From assembly GCA_029238935.1 (NCBI GenBank), contig JAQZBN010000010.1, positions 12,342 through 76,341 on the forward strand: a stretch of DNA of 64,000 bases. Reading direction: 5' to 3'. Source of the DNA: Herbinix sp. (GTDB lineage: Bacteria > Bacillota > Clostridia > Lachnospirales > Lachnospiraceae). The notes under the pieces are model-generated. The model was given only the letters and a program-made list of their open reading frames with translations, searched no databases and had not been told where the DNA came from. The translations under genes were made by a program, and so were the position numbers. The stretch's first letter is position 1; every line of letters starts with the position of its first letter. Of the stretch, positions 1 to 10,298 are shown piece after piece.

Positions 1-19
1 TCATTTTGTATTAAACTTA

Positions 20-90
20 TTTAGATTTCAATCAAATATATTAGATATACATCTAATACTATTGACAGACATCTAACCACATGATATAAT
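20..90 (+). promoter_or_regulatory. Consensus sigma-A promoter with overlapping palindromic operator(s), probably ArsR autoregulation
   Basis: TTGACA (62-67), 17 bp, TG-n-TATAAT (85-90). Palindrome ATTAGAT-ATAC-ATCTAAT at 40-57, a degenerate copy at 20-37, and a half-site ATCTAA at 71-76 inside the spacer. Confidence 0.75.
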
Positions 91-122
91 TCTGGAAAAT
101 ATAACTAAAGGAGAAATTTACC

Positions 123-1235
123 ATGGATACCAATTATACTTTTTGTGATCAGCCCTATTGGTTTTTTGAAGTAACTGCTTGTATCTCAGACTCCTACGCT
201 CCAACAGATATAACATTACTGGAACGACATTCTAAGTTTGGCTTTACTATGGAAGAAATGGCGGATTTCCTATCCCCCTACACTCAATACAAAAAAGCAG
301 TCACCGATGAAATCCTTCCAATCTACCAAGAGTACCCCCAGTTAGATAGATTTTTTCAACCATTAAACTTAGATAATGAAATTGATTTTAATCTCATGAT
401 GACAATTGTTAAGTTTTTTGGAGAACAGCTAGCAACCCCTCTTTCCTCTGAAGCAATCGATCTGAATATGAACAAACTTATGGAGGAGGAATTATCCGAC
501 TTAGCACCAATGGATCAGGATACAGAAATAAAGATTCAAAATCTAACGGATTTAGTGACCATACTCAATCAAACAAACCTAGATAACAATTATAAGCTCC
601 AGATGATTGATCTCTACAATAGACGTTTCGAGATTATTAAACAACTATCTGAATTATTGCTTCGTTGCACTGCAATCTTACAAAAGCACTTTCCCATCAT
701 AGAACAACCATATCAAGAAACAATAAATCATCTGCGCAATAAAGAGAATTTAAATCAACTGCTAAATACAACCATCATAAAATTAAAACCTGCAAGAGAT
801 AACAGACTCTATGTTACAATCTTTTTCTTTAATCAATTTACAATGCGTTACGCAAAGGACTCTTATCAATACTTTATCGGTATGTATGTATCCGAGTTGG
901 TCGACCGTAAAGCGCAGAATCAGTTCAATGATTCCCGGCTTGTAACCGATTTGAAAGCCTTAAGTGACCCAACCAGACTGCGAATTATACGTATACTATC
1001 AAACAAAAAGATGTACCTTCAGGAATTGTCAGGGATGCTTAATCTGACTCCAGCCACCGTATCCCACCACATGACGGTTTTATTGCAATCAGAAATCGTC
1101 TCCCTCCTAGTGGACGGAGATAAAAGCCGAAAAATTTACTATGAAATCAATCCTGAGAAACTCCACTCTTTAGGATTTTCCATACAGAGACTCGTGAATA
1201 CCAATGATATCATAAACCCAAGTGATATCTCATAG
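123..1235 (+). CDS. ArsR/SmtB family transcriptional regulator (long N-terminal domain, C-terminal wHTH)
   Basis: C-terminal LKALSDPTRLRIIRIL...LTPATVSHHMTVL ArsR HTH; AAGGAG RBS. Confidence 0.85.
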   Translation: MDTNYTFCDQPYWFFEVTACISDSYAPTDITLLERHSKFGFTMEEMADFLSPYTQYKKAVTDEILPIYQEYPQLDRFFQPLNLDNEIDFNLMMTIVKFFGEQLATPLSSEAIDLNMNKLMEEELSDLAPMDQDTEIKIQNLTDLVTILNQTNLDNNYKLQMIDLYNRRFEIIKQLSELLLRCTAILQKHFPIIEQPYQETINHLRNKENLNQLLNTTIIKLKPARDNRLYVTIFFFNQFTMRYAKDSYQYFIGMYVSELVDRKAQNQFNDSRLVTDLKALSDPTRLRIIRILSNKKMYLQELSGMLNLTPATVSHHMTVLLQSEIVSLLVDGDKSRKIYYEINPEKLHSLGFSIQRLVNTNDIINPSDIS

Positions 1236-1293
1236 TTAGGTATGGAAGATGGATTGATTATAATAATGATATAACGAAAGGTAAGGTAATTTT

Positions 1294-3108
1294 ATGAATG
1301 AAAAAATTGATTATCCCTTAGGCAGTACGCTAAGGCGGATGCTTAAAAATGTAAGCAGTCAAAATAAGAAGATTTATATTTATTTTATCCTGTTTACCAT
1401 TACAGCAACCATTTATCCCTTCTTCTCTGTACTTCTTCCAAAGTTATTGATTAGTGAATTATCATTAGGTACCTATGCCCGCATGAATTATATTCTTTAT
1501 ATTATTACGGGCTATTTTGTCATTGCAGCTATCTTTGGTTTTGTAAAAACTTACACCAAAGACTATGCCTATCCCTATATTACCATGCTAAGAATTGATT
1601 ACCTTAGAGATATGTTTGATAAGCTCATTAGCCTTGATTATAAATACAGTGAAGATGCAGCCTTTACCGAAGAGCATCTAAGAGCAATGAGTGCTACCAA
1701 TAATAATGGTAGTGGCTTGGAAGGCGTGTATCATCGGTTATTCCAATGTGTTTCAGAGTTTCTTACTATATTGGTATTTGTATTATTGATCGGTAGATTA
1801 AATTCATTTATCCTGCTGGGATTATTTGTTAATATCGTAGCTACCCTATGGATCAGTAAAAAGGTTCATCAATTTACTTATTCCAAAAAAGAAGCTCTTG
1901 CCCATGGTGAACGAAGGAAGAATTATTATTATAACGTAACTCATGATTTTGGATATGGTAAGGATATCCGCATTTATCGTTTTAAGGATCGTATCCTCTC
2001 AAATTATTCCAAAGAGATTGACGGATATATTAATGTTCATAAGCAAATCAAAAACCGGGAATATCTGATTGGTTTCCTCGGATTATTAACCTTAGGAATC
2101 AGCGATTTACTAACTTATGGTGTATTAATTTATAAGACAGTTCACGGAATGTCCATCGCTGATTTTTCTATGTATCTTGCTGCTACCATCAGTCTCTCTG
2201 CATTATTAAAAACCTTTATCGACGATATCTCCTTTATTCGCAATGAAGGACAATATGTCTATGATTTCTATACGTTTATGGATACGGATTTTGGAGAAAA
2301 AGGTGGAGATCTAGAAGCAATCAAGGATGATACTTTAGAGATCGAATTTTGTAATGTAAGTTTTCGTTATCCTCGCACAGAAAATTATATTTTTAAGAAT
2401 CTTAATTTTAAGGTACATAAAGGTGAACGGCTAGCTATTGTTGGTATCAATGGTGCCGGAAAAAGTACCCTAGTAAAACTGATGATGGGATTATATGAAG
2501 TAACCGAGGGGGAAATCCTAATCAATGGCATCCCTATTCAGCAATTTGATAAGAAAGCTCTGTTTTCCATGTTCTCCGTGGTATTCCAGGATGTTAATAT
2601 CCTAGCTTTTACCCTTCGGGAAAATGTGGCTTGCCAGTCCGATGATATTGATGATTCTATGGTTCTTACATCTCTGAACAAAGTTGGTCTTGGGAATAAA
2701 ATACAGAATCTAAAAAGCGGTTTAAATCAAATGATGCTTAAGGTGATTGATGAAAATGGAACCGAATTCTCCGGCGGTGAGAATCAAAAATTATCCATCG
2801 CCAGAGCTCTCTATAAGAATGGATCTATGGTTATTATGGATGAACCTACCGCAGCTCTTGATGCTTTGGCGGAAGCTGAAATTTATGAGAATTTCAGCGA
2901 ACTTGTGAAGGGGAAAACAGCTGTCTATATTTCGCACCGGTTAGCTAGTACAAAGTTCTGTGATAAAATCGCCTTATTTGACCGGGATGGTCTGGCTGAA
3001 TATGGAAATCATGATGAGTTGATGCAAAAACAGGGAAAATACTATGAAATGTTTACCATTCAGGGTAAATATTATACGGAAGGTGGTATAGTACATGAAG
3101 AATTATAA
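1294..3108 (+). CDS. ABC exporter, fused permease/ATP-binding subunit
   Basis: N-terminal TM helices; Walker A GINGAGKST, signature FSGGENQ, Walker B VIMDEPT. Confidence 0.92.
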   Translation: MNEKIDYPLGSTLRRMLKNVSSQNKKIYIYFILFTITATIYPFFSVLLPKLLISELSLGTYARMNYILYIITGYFVIAAIFGFVKTYTKDYAYPYITMLRIDYLRDMFDKLISLDYKYSEDAAFTEEHLRAMSATNNNGSGLEGVYHRLFQCVSEFLTILVFVLLIGRLNSFILLGLFVNIVATLWISKKVHQFTYSKKEALAHGERRKNYYYNVTHDFGYGKDIRIYRFKDRILSNYSKEIDGYINVHKQIKNREYLIGFLGLLTLGISDLLTYGVLIYKTVHGMSIADFSMYLAATISLSALLKTFIDDISFIRNEGQYVYDFYTFMDTDFGEKGGDLEAIKDDTLEIEFCNVSFRYPRTENYIFKNLNFKVHKGERLAIVGINGAGKSTLVKLMMGLYEVTEGEILINGIPIQQFDKKALFSMFSVVFQDVNILAFTLRENVACQSDDIDDSMVLTSLNKVGLGNKIQNLKSGLNQMMLKVIDENGTEFSGGENQKLSIARALYKNGSMVIMDEPTAALDALAEAEIYENFSELVKGKTAVYISHRLASTKFCDKIALFDRDGLAEYGNHDELMQKQGKYYEMFTIQGKYYTEGGIVHEEL

Positions 3109-4876
3109 TAAAATCAGACTTTTCTTTTCTCTATCCTGGAAGATATCTCCTACCTATATACTTCTACTCATTGCGAATACATTTCTTGGTAGCGGACAGA
3201 TCTTGGTTAATATCATCTTGCCCAAGTTTTTAATTGACGAATTAATTGGTAAACAGCAGATAAATGCTTTAATTCTTTGGGGATCCTTGATTGTAAGTTC
3301 AAACCTCCTGTTTTCTTTCTTAAATAAAACGATTAGTAAACTACTCGATGTGAAAAACATCTATATGCAGGAGAAAATGAACGAAGCTATGGCTGAAAAA
3401 ATTATGAAAGTGGAATACTCCTATCTTGAGACGCCATTTTATCTCGATTTAAAAGAACGAGCAGTTTTTGCATCTGTCAATCAGCAGGCCATGGCAACAA
3501 TGATATCAAGTTTAGCAAGCTGCTTAAAGAACTTATTTACCATTATGGGATTACTCGTAATTATGTTTACTTTAAGCTGGATTCTAGTTCTGTTGTTGGT
3601 AGTTTCCATCGGTTTATCGATATTAATTTATAGTTCCTTTATGAAATACCAGATGAATTTCTTTCAAGAAATAATTCCGGTAAATCGGAAATACGGCTAT
3701 TATTTAAACCTCGGATTTAATGATGCGATACAAAAGGATATCCGCTTATATCATATGAATAAAATGCTGACAGATCGAGTAACTCTCTACAACAAAGAAA
3801 TTAACACTTGGTTTTGCTCTTATTACAAAAAGCAGGGTAAATATCTTGGTCTTTATCAAGTGATCAATGATCTTCAAGCAGCACTAGCCTATGGATATGT
3901 GGGTCTACGGGTTATCTCGGGGCTCTTTGGAAAACGCATTGGGCTCGGATCCTTTACGATGTATGTATCCTCAGCCATCAGTTTCTCCCAGTCTACAATG
4001 GAATTTGGAAATAGTTTAATCACCATTGCACAAACTTTAGGTTATCTGGATCCCTTCATGGAATTTATGTCTCTCCCGGAAGAAGAGATGCAAACAGGTA
4101 AAGTACCATTTTCCGGAGATATTGATGAAATTATCTTTGATCAGGTTTCATTTCAATATCCAGGAAGTGATAAAACCATTCTAGATCACATATCCTTTCA
4201 TATTAAGAAGGGTGAAAAAATATCCATCGTTGGATTAAACGGTGCAGGGAAAACAACTTTGATTAAATTACTCTGCAGGCTCTATCATCCTACAGACGGA
4301 CGCATCTATATTAACGGTCATGATATCTTTGATTATGATCATAAGAGTTATATGGAAAAAATAGCTGCAGTATTCCAAGACTTCAAACTATTCGCTTTTA
4401 GTATTGAAGAAAATATTACCTGTGATGAACAAAGTAAAGACTTAGCGACAGCGATGGAATTGATTGATGAGGTAGGATTAACAGAGAAAATTGCAGGTCT
4501 TCCTGCTGGTATTTCCTCCATGTTTGGTAAGGCTTATGATCCTAGTGGTATTGAGATGTCCGGTGGAGAAGGTCAGAAGGTAGCAATAGCCAGGGCTCTC
4601 TATAAAAAGGCTCCACTTATTATACTAGATGAACCTACCAGTGCTTTAGATCCACTGGCAGAGGCAGAGATCTATGAGAATTTTAATAATTTAGTAGGTG
4701 AAAAAACTGCGATCTATATCTCTCATCGAATGTCCAGCAGTGTTTTCTGCGATAAGATTTTAATTATCAATAACGGAAAAGTCATGGATTATGATAGCCA
4801 TAGTAATCTTATGACTAAAAAAGATAGTTTGTATTATAAGCTTTTCCAATCACAGGCATTGAATTATCAGTCTTAG
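3095..4876 (+). CDS. ABC exporter, fused permease/ATP-binding subunit (partner of the upstream gene)
   Basis: GLNGAGKTT, MSGGEGQ, IILDEPT; overlaps the upstream gene by 14 bp. Confidence 0.92.
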   Translation: MKNYNKIRLFFSLSWKISPTYILLLIANTFLGSGQILVNIILPKFLIDELIGKQQINALILWGSLIVSSNLLFSFLNKTISKLLDVKNIYMQEKMNEAMAEKIMKVEYSYLETPFYLDLKERAVFASVNQQAMATMISSLASCLKNLFTIMGLLVIMFTLSWILVLLLVVSIGLSILIYSSFMKYQMNFFQEIIPVNRKYGYYLNLGFNDAIQKDIRLYHMNKMLTDRVTLYNKEINTWFCSYYKKQGKYLGLYQVINDLQAALAYGYVGLRVISGLFGKRIGLGSFTMYVSSAISFSQSTMEFGNSLITIAQTLGYLDPFMEFMSLPEEEMQTGKVPFSGDIDEIIFDQVSFQYPGSDKTILDHISFHIKKGEKISIVGLNGAGKTTLIKLLCRLYHPTDGRIYINGHDIFDYDHKSYMEKIAAVFQDFKLFAFSIEENITCDEQSKDLATAMELIDEVGLTEKIAGLPAGISSMFGKAYDPSGIEMSGGEGQKVAIARALYKKAPLIILDEPTSALDPLAEAEIYENFNNLVGEKTAIYISHRMSSSVFCDKILIINNGKVMDYDSHSNLMTKKDSLYYKLFQSQALNYQS

Positions 4877-4983
4877 ACATGTATCTTCAATTTCATTATA
4901 ATACTTAAATTAATCAAGATTTATCCTATAATTACAACGATTTATGCGCCAGATTCGTGATTTTTCATAATCTAATTACACAC

Positions 4984-5026
4984 AAAAAGATGGAAGGATA
5001 ACCAAAGAATTATTCTTCCATCTTTT
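4984..5026. terminator. Bidirectional intrinsic terminator
   Basis: AAAAGATGGAAGGATAA...TTATTCTTCCATCTTTT hairpin between the convergent ABC gene and pepT. Confidence 0.75.
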
Positions 5027-5056
5027 ATTCATATATCAAAAACGGGATATCCAATC

Positions 5057-6286
5057 CTATTTTCTCACACCGTATTTTTCAGCAATTTTAATGATAACAT
5101 CTACGCATTGATCCATTGCTTGAATGCAGGCATATTCCATCTTACCATGATGATTATGACTGCCAGTTCCAAGGTTTGGACAAGGTAGTCCCATAAAGGA
5201 TAGACGGGAACCATCGGTTCCTCCTCTTACCGGAACGCTGATAGGAGTTCCTCCAACTTCCTTGACTGCTTCGTAAGCGGTATCAATCAAATGCCAGTGG
5301 GGTTTGATTTGCTCCATCATATTACGATAACTATCCGCTATCTCTATATGTATGGTTCCTTCTCCATATTTTGCATTAATTTGCTCTGCAGCCTTCTGAA
5401 TCATAACCTTCTTCTCTTCCAGTTTTGCAGAATCATGATCACGAAGGATATATTCCAGTTTCGCTTCATCTACGATTCCTTCCATATGGGTAAGATGATA
5501 GAAGCCTTCGTATCCTTGTGTTAACTCCGGTCTCTCTGCCTCCGGGAGCAATGCATTGAATTCCATTCCAATCAATAATGCATTTTTCATTTTGTCTTTT
5601 GCAGCACCGGGATGAATATTCGTTCCATTAACAACTATTTTAGCAGAAGCTGCATTGAACGTCTCATATTCGACTTCTCCAAAGGCAGCACCATCTAAGG
5701 TATAAGCAAATTCGGCACCAAAACGTGGTACATCAAATAAGTCCGCTCCTCTGCCAATCTCCTCATCCGGTGTGAAACCAATCTTAATGGTTCCATGTTT
5801 AATCTCGGGATGATTCTTAAGTATTTCTGCCGCGGTTAAGATTTCTGCAATTCCTGCTTTATCATCCGCTCCAAGAAGTGTTGTACCATCTGTTACTAAC
5901 AGGTCACAGCCCACATAAGAATTGAGTGTATCAAACTCTTTAGGACTTAGGATAATGTTCTTATCTGTATTCAGTAAAATATCCTTACCATCATAATTTT
6001 CAATTAATCTTGTCTTAATATCCTTATATGGAACATCACGAACTACATCCACGTGGGAGATAAAGCCTATGACTGTTCCGCTCCAATTATCAATATTAGC
6101 TTCGATCGTACCAAAGATATAGCCGTTTTCATCCATATTAGCATCTAGTATTCCGATACTCTTCATCTCTTCCACCAATGCCTGTCCAAAGATCAGCTGT
6201 TGTGGTGTACTAGGGCAGGTGTTACTCTGACTATCCGATGCGGTTGCATATTTTGTGTAATTAATCAATCTTTCATATGCTCTCAT
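5057..6286 (-). CDS. pepT: Peptidase T (tripeptide aminopeptidase, M20B)
   Basis: SHVD, LGADDKAG, FTPDEEIG, RGGTDG motifs. Confidence 0.95.
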   Translation of the reverse strand: MRAYERLINYTKYATASDSQSNTCPSTPQQLIFGQALVEEMKSIGILDANMDENGYIFGTIEANIDNWSGTVIGFISHVDVVRDVPYKDIKTRLIENYDGKDILLNTDKNIILSPKEFDTLNSYVGCDLLVTDGTTLLGADDKAGIAEILTAAEILKNHPEIKHGTIKIGFTPDEEIGRGADLFDVPRFGAEFAYTLDGAAFGEVEYETFNAASAKIVVNGTNIHPGAAKDKMKNALLIGMEFNALLPEAERPELTQGYEGFYHLTHMEGIVDEAKLEYILRDHDSAKLEEKKVMIQKAAEQINAKYGEGTIHIEIADSYRNMMEQIKPHWHLIDTAYEAVKEVGGTPISVPVRGGTDGSRLSFMGLPCPNLGTGSHNHHGKMEYACIQAMDQCVDVIIKIAEKYGVRK

Positions 6287-6306
6287 AATTTTCCTCCATT
6301 AAATAT

Positions 6307-7569
6307 CTAATTTAAATAAAAATACAACGAATCGACCAACTCTTGCAGGTTCCTTAGGTTAACACATTTGAACAGATGATTTTTTAAAGAAGAAAGCGTT
6401 CCATTTTCCTTGCTGTAGGAATATAATAGCTTTTCGTAACGCTTTCTTTCTGTTTCAGTACAACTATCATATATCCTATCCCAAATGCACTCTGCAGCTG
6501 TTACCTGCGCTTTTGAATTCACCGGTAATTCCAATGCCTGTTCTATTCGCTCATAAAACCAAGGAGCAAATTCCTCCCTGCTCTCACTTTTTACAAAAGC
6601 TTCATTTATCACTGTATATAGGTTGGGAGAACGGCTTAATATCAGGTATTTATATCTGGACCACTCTTCTTTTAACTCTTCAACCCTTGCGTTCTCTAAA
6701 ATATTCTTGCATTTTACCGCAGACAGATTTTTATCCTTAACCTCTAGCATAATATCTATTTCTTTCTCGTTCAACCTATGATAAAAGCTTAGAAAATCAT
6801 TATAAAATATCATATCCGAATGGGAGCCAGCTGGTGCATTCTCCTTTTGTTGGGAATAATGTATCTTCTGCTTTCCGTCTGTACTATTCCAGGTTTTTTT
6901 ACATTCCTTGATCCATTCACAATCTGGCCTTTGTTCTTCTGGTGGATTAATGGCATGATGAAGGTTGTCAAATACAACTGGTGCTCCGATTTTTTTAGAT
7001 ACCTCTAAAACCTCTGAAATGGTAAAATTCTTATCATCGTTTTCAATGATCAACCTATCTTTAATCGTCCGAGGTAGTTTTTCATATTGACGAGCAAAGG
7101 TATCCATAGCTTTATTCTTATCCCCATATACACCACCAATATGAAGAATAATTTTACAGCTCTGATCCATTCCTAAGGCTTCCAGAACTTTATCATGATA
7201 AACAAGATCTCTAACTGCATTCTCAATCACATTCTGTTGCAAAGAATTTAACACCGTATACTGTCCCGGATGCATGGATACCCTGATATTGCCTTGTATT
7301 ATCTTCTTCCTGATGCACTCGAATAAATCCTTGCATTGATTCCACCATTCCACTTGATTGACTGGATGGGAACCAAATGGAATGATATCGGAACTAATCC
7401 GAAAAAGTTGGATATTATGATGAATATTGTAATCCATCATTACCTCCAAAGCATCCAAGTTTTGCTTTGTTATCTCAATGATTGTATCCTGTGTAGCATT
7501 CTTTAAGATACAGCGAGATAGTGCAGCATCTTTTACCCCAATCGTTAAACAAGCATAACCAACCGCCAA
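6307..7569 (-). CDS. uvsE: UV DNA damage repair endonuclease UvsE with C-terminal helical extension
   Basis: GYAC, LFRISSDIIP, SMHPGQY, IENDD, VFDNLHH, HSD and MLEVKDK motifs; TTG start after GGAGG. Confidence 0.92.
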   Translation of the reverse strand: MAVGYACLTIGVKDAALSRCILKNATQDTIIEITKQNLDALEVMMDYNIHHNIQLFRISSDIIPFGSHPVNQVEWWNQCKDLFECIRKKIIQGNIRVSMHPGQYTVLNSLQQNVIENAVRDLVYHDKVLEALGMDQSCKIILHIGGVYGDKNKAMDTFARQYEKLPRTIKDRLIIENDDKNFTISEVLEVSKKIGAPVVFDNLHHAINPPEEQRPDCEWIKECKKTWNSTDGKQKIHYSQQKENAPAGSHSDMIFYNDFLSFYHRLNEKEIDIMLEVKDKNLSAVKCKNILENARVEELKEEWSRYKYLILSRSPNLYTVINEAFVKSESREEFAPWFYERIEQALELPVNSKAQVTAAECIWDRIYDSCTETERKRYEKLLYSYSKENGTLSSLKNHLFKCVNLRNLQELVDSLYFYLN

Positions 7570-7628
7570 AACAGATACCTCCCTAATTCAAATGATTCAT
7601 AAAAACTAATATGTATTAATCCGGGAGC

Positions 7629-8417
7629 TTATTCTACATGAAACATTTCTTGAGTTCGAATATCCGGGTGATGGTACCTTCCTCTTTTGATGGTTCTCTT
7701 TTTATATTGGATCGCCTTCTTGGGACACCACTGCATACAGGCAAGACATAACTCGCATTGACCAGTCCATACTGGTTTGCAATGTCTCATTACGATATTT
7801 TCAGCAGGGCAAACTTTGACACAGATACTGCAGCAATTACATTTTTCATCGGTCCAAAAATTCTTATCTTTTTTCTTTGGGGAAAATGCTGCCGACATTG
7901 CACCACCCAATAGCTTTGTTGGGTATTTTCCCTTTTCATGGAATTTCACCTTCTGCTTCTTCCTAATAACCTCTGCAATGTCTTGCATCTGAGCTTCCTG
8001 TACAGTTAGAATTCTTCGCTGTTCATCTTCTTTGCTCGGTTCAAAAAGCAATTGATAATTATCCGGCATGAGTAATCGAAATCCTGCCGATAAGTTCTTT
8101 CCCTGACCTTTGCTTTCGATTAACTTCTTCATCTGTCTCATTGCTGCACCAACAGATCCTCCGCAAGTAGCAACAGCAAAATGATATGCACTAGGTTTAC
8201 TAACTAACTTCTTAATAAACTCTTTTACCATAAGAGGTAATCCATAATAATACACCGGAAATACAATTCCGACGTCACCTTCTACATCAATACTTTCCTG
8301 TTCCAGTAAACTTTTATTAATTCGGACGAGTTTTAAGTCCTCCAGTTTATCCTTCAAATCTCTCGCAACTTTATACGAATTACCTGTACCACTGAAATAA
8401 AAAATTGTGACAGACGT
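7629..8417 (-). CDS. EFR1-family flavodoxin-ferredoxin (N-terminal flavodoxin-like domain, C-terminal 2x[4Fe-4S])
   Basis: The frame stays open upstream of the ORF-track start and gives (T)SVTIFYFSGTGNS, the flavodoxin phosphate loop. It has CNCCSICVKVCP and CELCLACMQWCP motifs. The only start candidates near the GGAGG are ACG (8417) and ATT (8420). Confidence 0.85.
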   Translation of the reverse strand, partial: TSVTIFYFSGTGNSYKVARDLKDKLEDLKLVRINKSLLEQESIDVEGDVGIVFPVYYYGLPLMVKEFIKKLVSKPSAYHFAVATCGGSVGAAMRQMKKLIESKGQGKNLSAGFRLLMPDNYQLLFEPSKEDEQRRILTVQEAQMQDIAEVIRKKQKVKFHEKGKYPTKLLGGAMSAAFSPKKKDKNFWTDEKCNCCSICVKVCPAENIVMRHCKPVWTGQCELCLACMQWCPKKAIQYKKRTIKRGRYHHPDIRTQEMFHVE

Positions 8418-8540
8418 AATACTCCCTCCGCTTCCTGTTGATAATAATCATTCATAGTTTTATCTATTATGGTAAATATTATAATCCCTAACTAATTGAC
8501 AAGTCAAATATTATGATGTATTTTCTACACGTTTCCAATA

Positions 8541-8580
8541 AAAAACCTTCTTAAATATCATTTGATATAAGAAGGCTTTT
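8541..8580 (-). terminator. Intrinsic terminator of the amino-acid ABC operon
   Basis: CCTTCTTA...TAAGAAGG hairpin flanked by A/T tracts. Confidence 0.7.
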
Positions 8581-8591
8581 GTTTTCTTGAA

Positions 8592-9332
8592 CTATATTTC
8601 TTTTAATACACGTTTTAAGAATTCTCTGGTACGTTCCTGTGTAGGGTTATTAAAGATTTGTTCCGGAGTCCCTTCTTCCGCTATGACTCCTTTATCCATA
8701 AATACGACCCTGTCAGCAACTTCCTTAGCAAACCCCATTTCATGGGTTACCACCAGCATAGTAAGGCCGCTTTCTGCCAGTTCCTTCATAACCTTTAGTA
8801 CTTCACCTACCATCTCCGGATCCAAAGCTGAGGTTGGTTCATCAAATAACATTACATCTGGCTCCATTGATAGTGCTCGTGCAATAGCTACTCTTTGCTT
8901 TTGACCACCGGATAACTGCTTCGGTTTCGCATTAATGTATTGATCCATACCAACAACTTTTAAGTACTTTAGAGCTACTTTCTCAGCTTCTTCCTTGGTA
9001 CGCTTTAACACTTTCACTTGACCTACCACACAATTACTAAGTACATTGTGATTATTAAACAAATTAAATTGCTGGAATACCATACCTAACTTTGTTCGAT
9101 ATGCATAGATGTCATGCTTCTCATCTAAAATATTCTCACCGTTATAGATGATCTCACCTCCGGTCGGCTTCTCCAGCAGATTGATACATCTTAGAAGTGT
9201 TGATTTACCTGAACCCGAGGACCCGATGATACATACAACTTCACCTTTGTTGACTGAAAAATCAATATCTTTTAAAATCTCATTAACCCCAAAGGATTTT
9301 CTTAAATGCTGTATATCTATTACTTTTTCCAT
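8592..9332 (-). CDS. Polar amino-acid ABC transporter ATP-binding protein (GlnQ family)
   Basis: [34 protein letters not shown]. Confidence 0.95.
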   Translation of the reverse strand: MEKVIDIQHLRKSFGVNEILKDIDFSVNKGEVVCIIGSSGSGKSTLLRCINLLEKPTGGEIIYNGENILDEKHDIYAYRTKLGMVFQQFNLFNNHNVLSNCVVGQVKVLKRTKEEAEKVALKYLKVVGMDQYINAKPKQLSGGQKQRVAIARALSMEPDVMLFDEPTSALDPEMVGEVLKVMKELAESGLTMLVVTHEMGFAKEVADRVVFMDKGVIAEEGTPEQIFNNPTQERTREFLKRVLKEI

Positions 9333-9440
9333 TTACATTACCTTGCCTTTCTACACAGCCTGCAAGTTTTGGCTGCAGGTACAATATTTGAATATCGTGA
9401 AAATTTATCACTATATTCGCCTGACTAATATTTTACTATA

Positions 9441-10238
9441 TCAATTATTTTGATTTCTACGAACTGCATCTTCCGGTCTCTCAACTTGCATTTGATTACC
9501 CGGCATAATAAAATTCTCCGGACCATCTAGTTTACGTTCAAAATAACGCAAGATACGTGTTACGGTAAAGGTCATAGCAAAATACAGGATACTTGCTACG
9601 AAGAAGGCTTCAAAATAACGATAATTATTACCTGCGATTGACTTGGTTTGGAAATATAGCTCAGATACAGAAATAACGTTTAATACGGAGGTATCTTTGA
9701 TATTAATTACGAACTCGTTACCTATGGCCGGTAAGATATTACGTAAAACCTGAGGTATGATAACATTGACCATTGTTTTTACATGATTCATACCGATTGC
9801 ATGGGCAGCTTCAAATTGTCCTTTATCAATGGAGATAATACCTCCACGAACTATTTCGGCTGTATAAGCACCGGTATTGATGGATACGATAAAGATTGCT
9901 GCGGTCAGACGATCCATATCAATGCCAAATGCCATAGCAGATCCGTAATAGATAACCATGGCCTGTACGATCATTGGAGTTCCTCTAAAGAACTCTACGT
10001 ACACAGATAAAATTCCATTTACAATTTTTAAGAACCTTCTTTTTAATCTCTTTGAACTAAATAAAGAATCATTTACATTTTTTTCAGGCATAGGGATGGT
10101 ACGTACCGAACCGATTAATAAACCGATGATCGTACCTATGATGGTACCTACAATTGAAATTAATAATGTAACGCCAGCTCCACGTAAGAACATTGGCCAA
10201 AAGTTTGTAATAATTTTCACTAACCATTCCCAGGTCAT
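9441..10238 (-). CDS. Polar amino-acid ABC transporter permease
   Basis: RGTP motif and GQFEAAHAIG (EAA loop); start moved to ATG 10238 behind AGGAGG. Confidence 0.92.
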   Translation of the reverse strand: MTWEWLVKIITNFWPMFLRGAGVTLLISIVGTIIGTIIGLLIGSVRTIPMPEKNVNDSLFSSKRLKRRFLKIVNGILSVYVEFFRGTPMIVQAMVIYYGSAMAFGIDMDRLTAAIFIVSINTGAYTAEIVRGGIISIDKGQFEAAHAIGMNHVKTMVNVIIPQVLRNILPAIGNEFVINIKDTSVLNVISVSELYFQTKSIAGNNYRYFEAFFVASILYFAMTFTVTRILRYFERKLDGPENFIMPGNQMQVERPEDAVRRNQNN

Positions 10239-10298
10239 ACTTATCCTCCTAAACAATAGAAAACCGGCTACATTTCTCTGCAGCCGGTTTTTCACACA

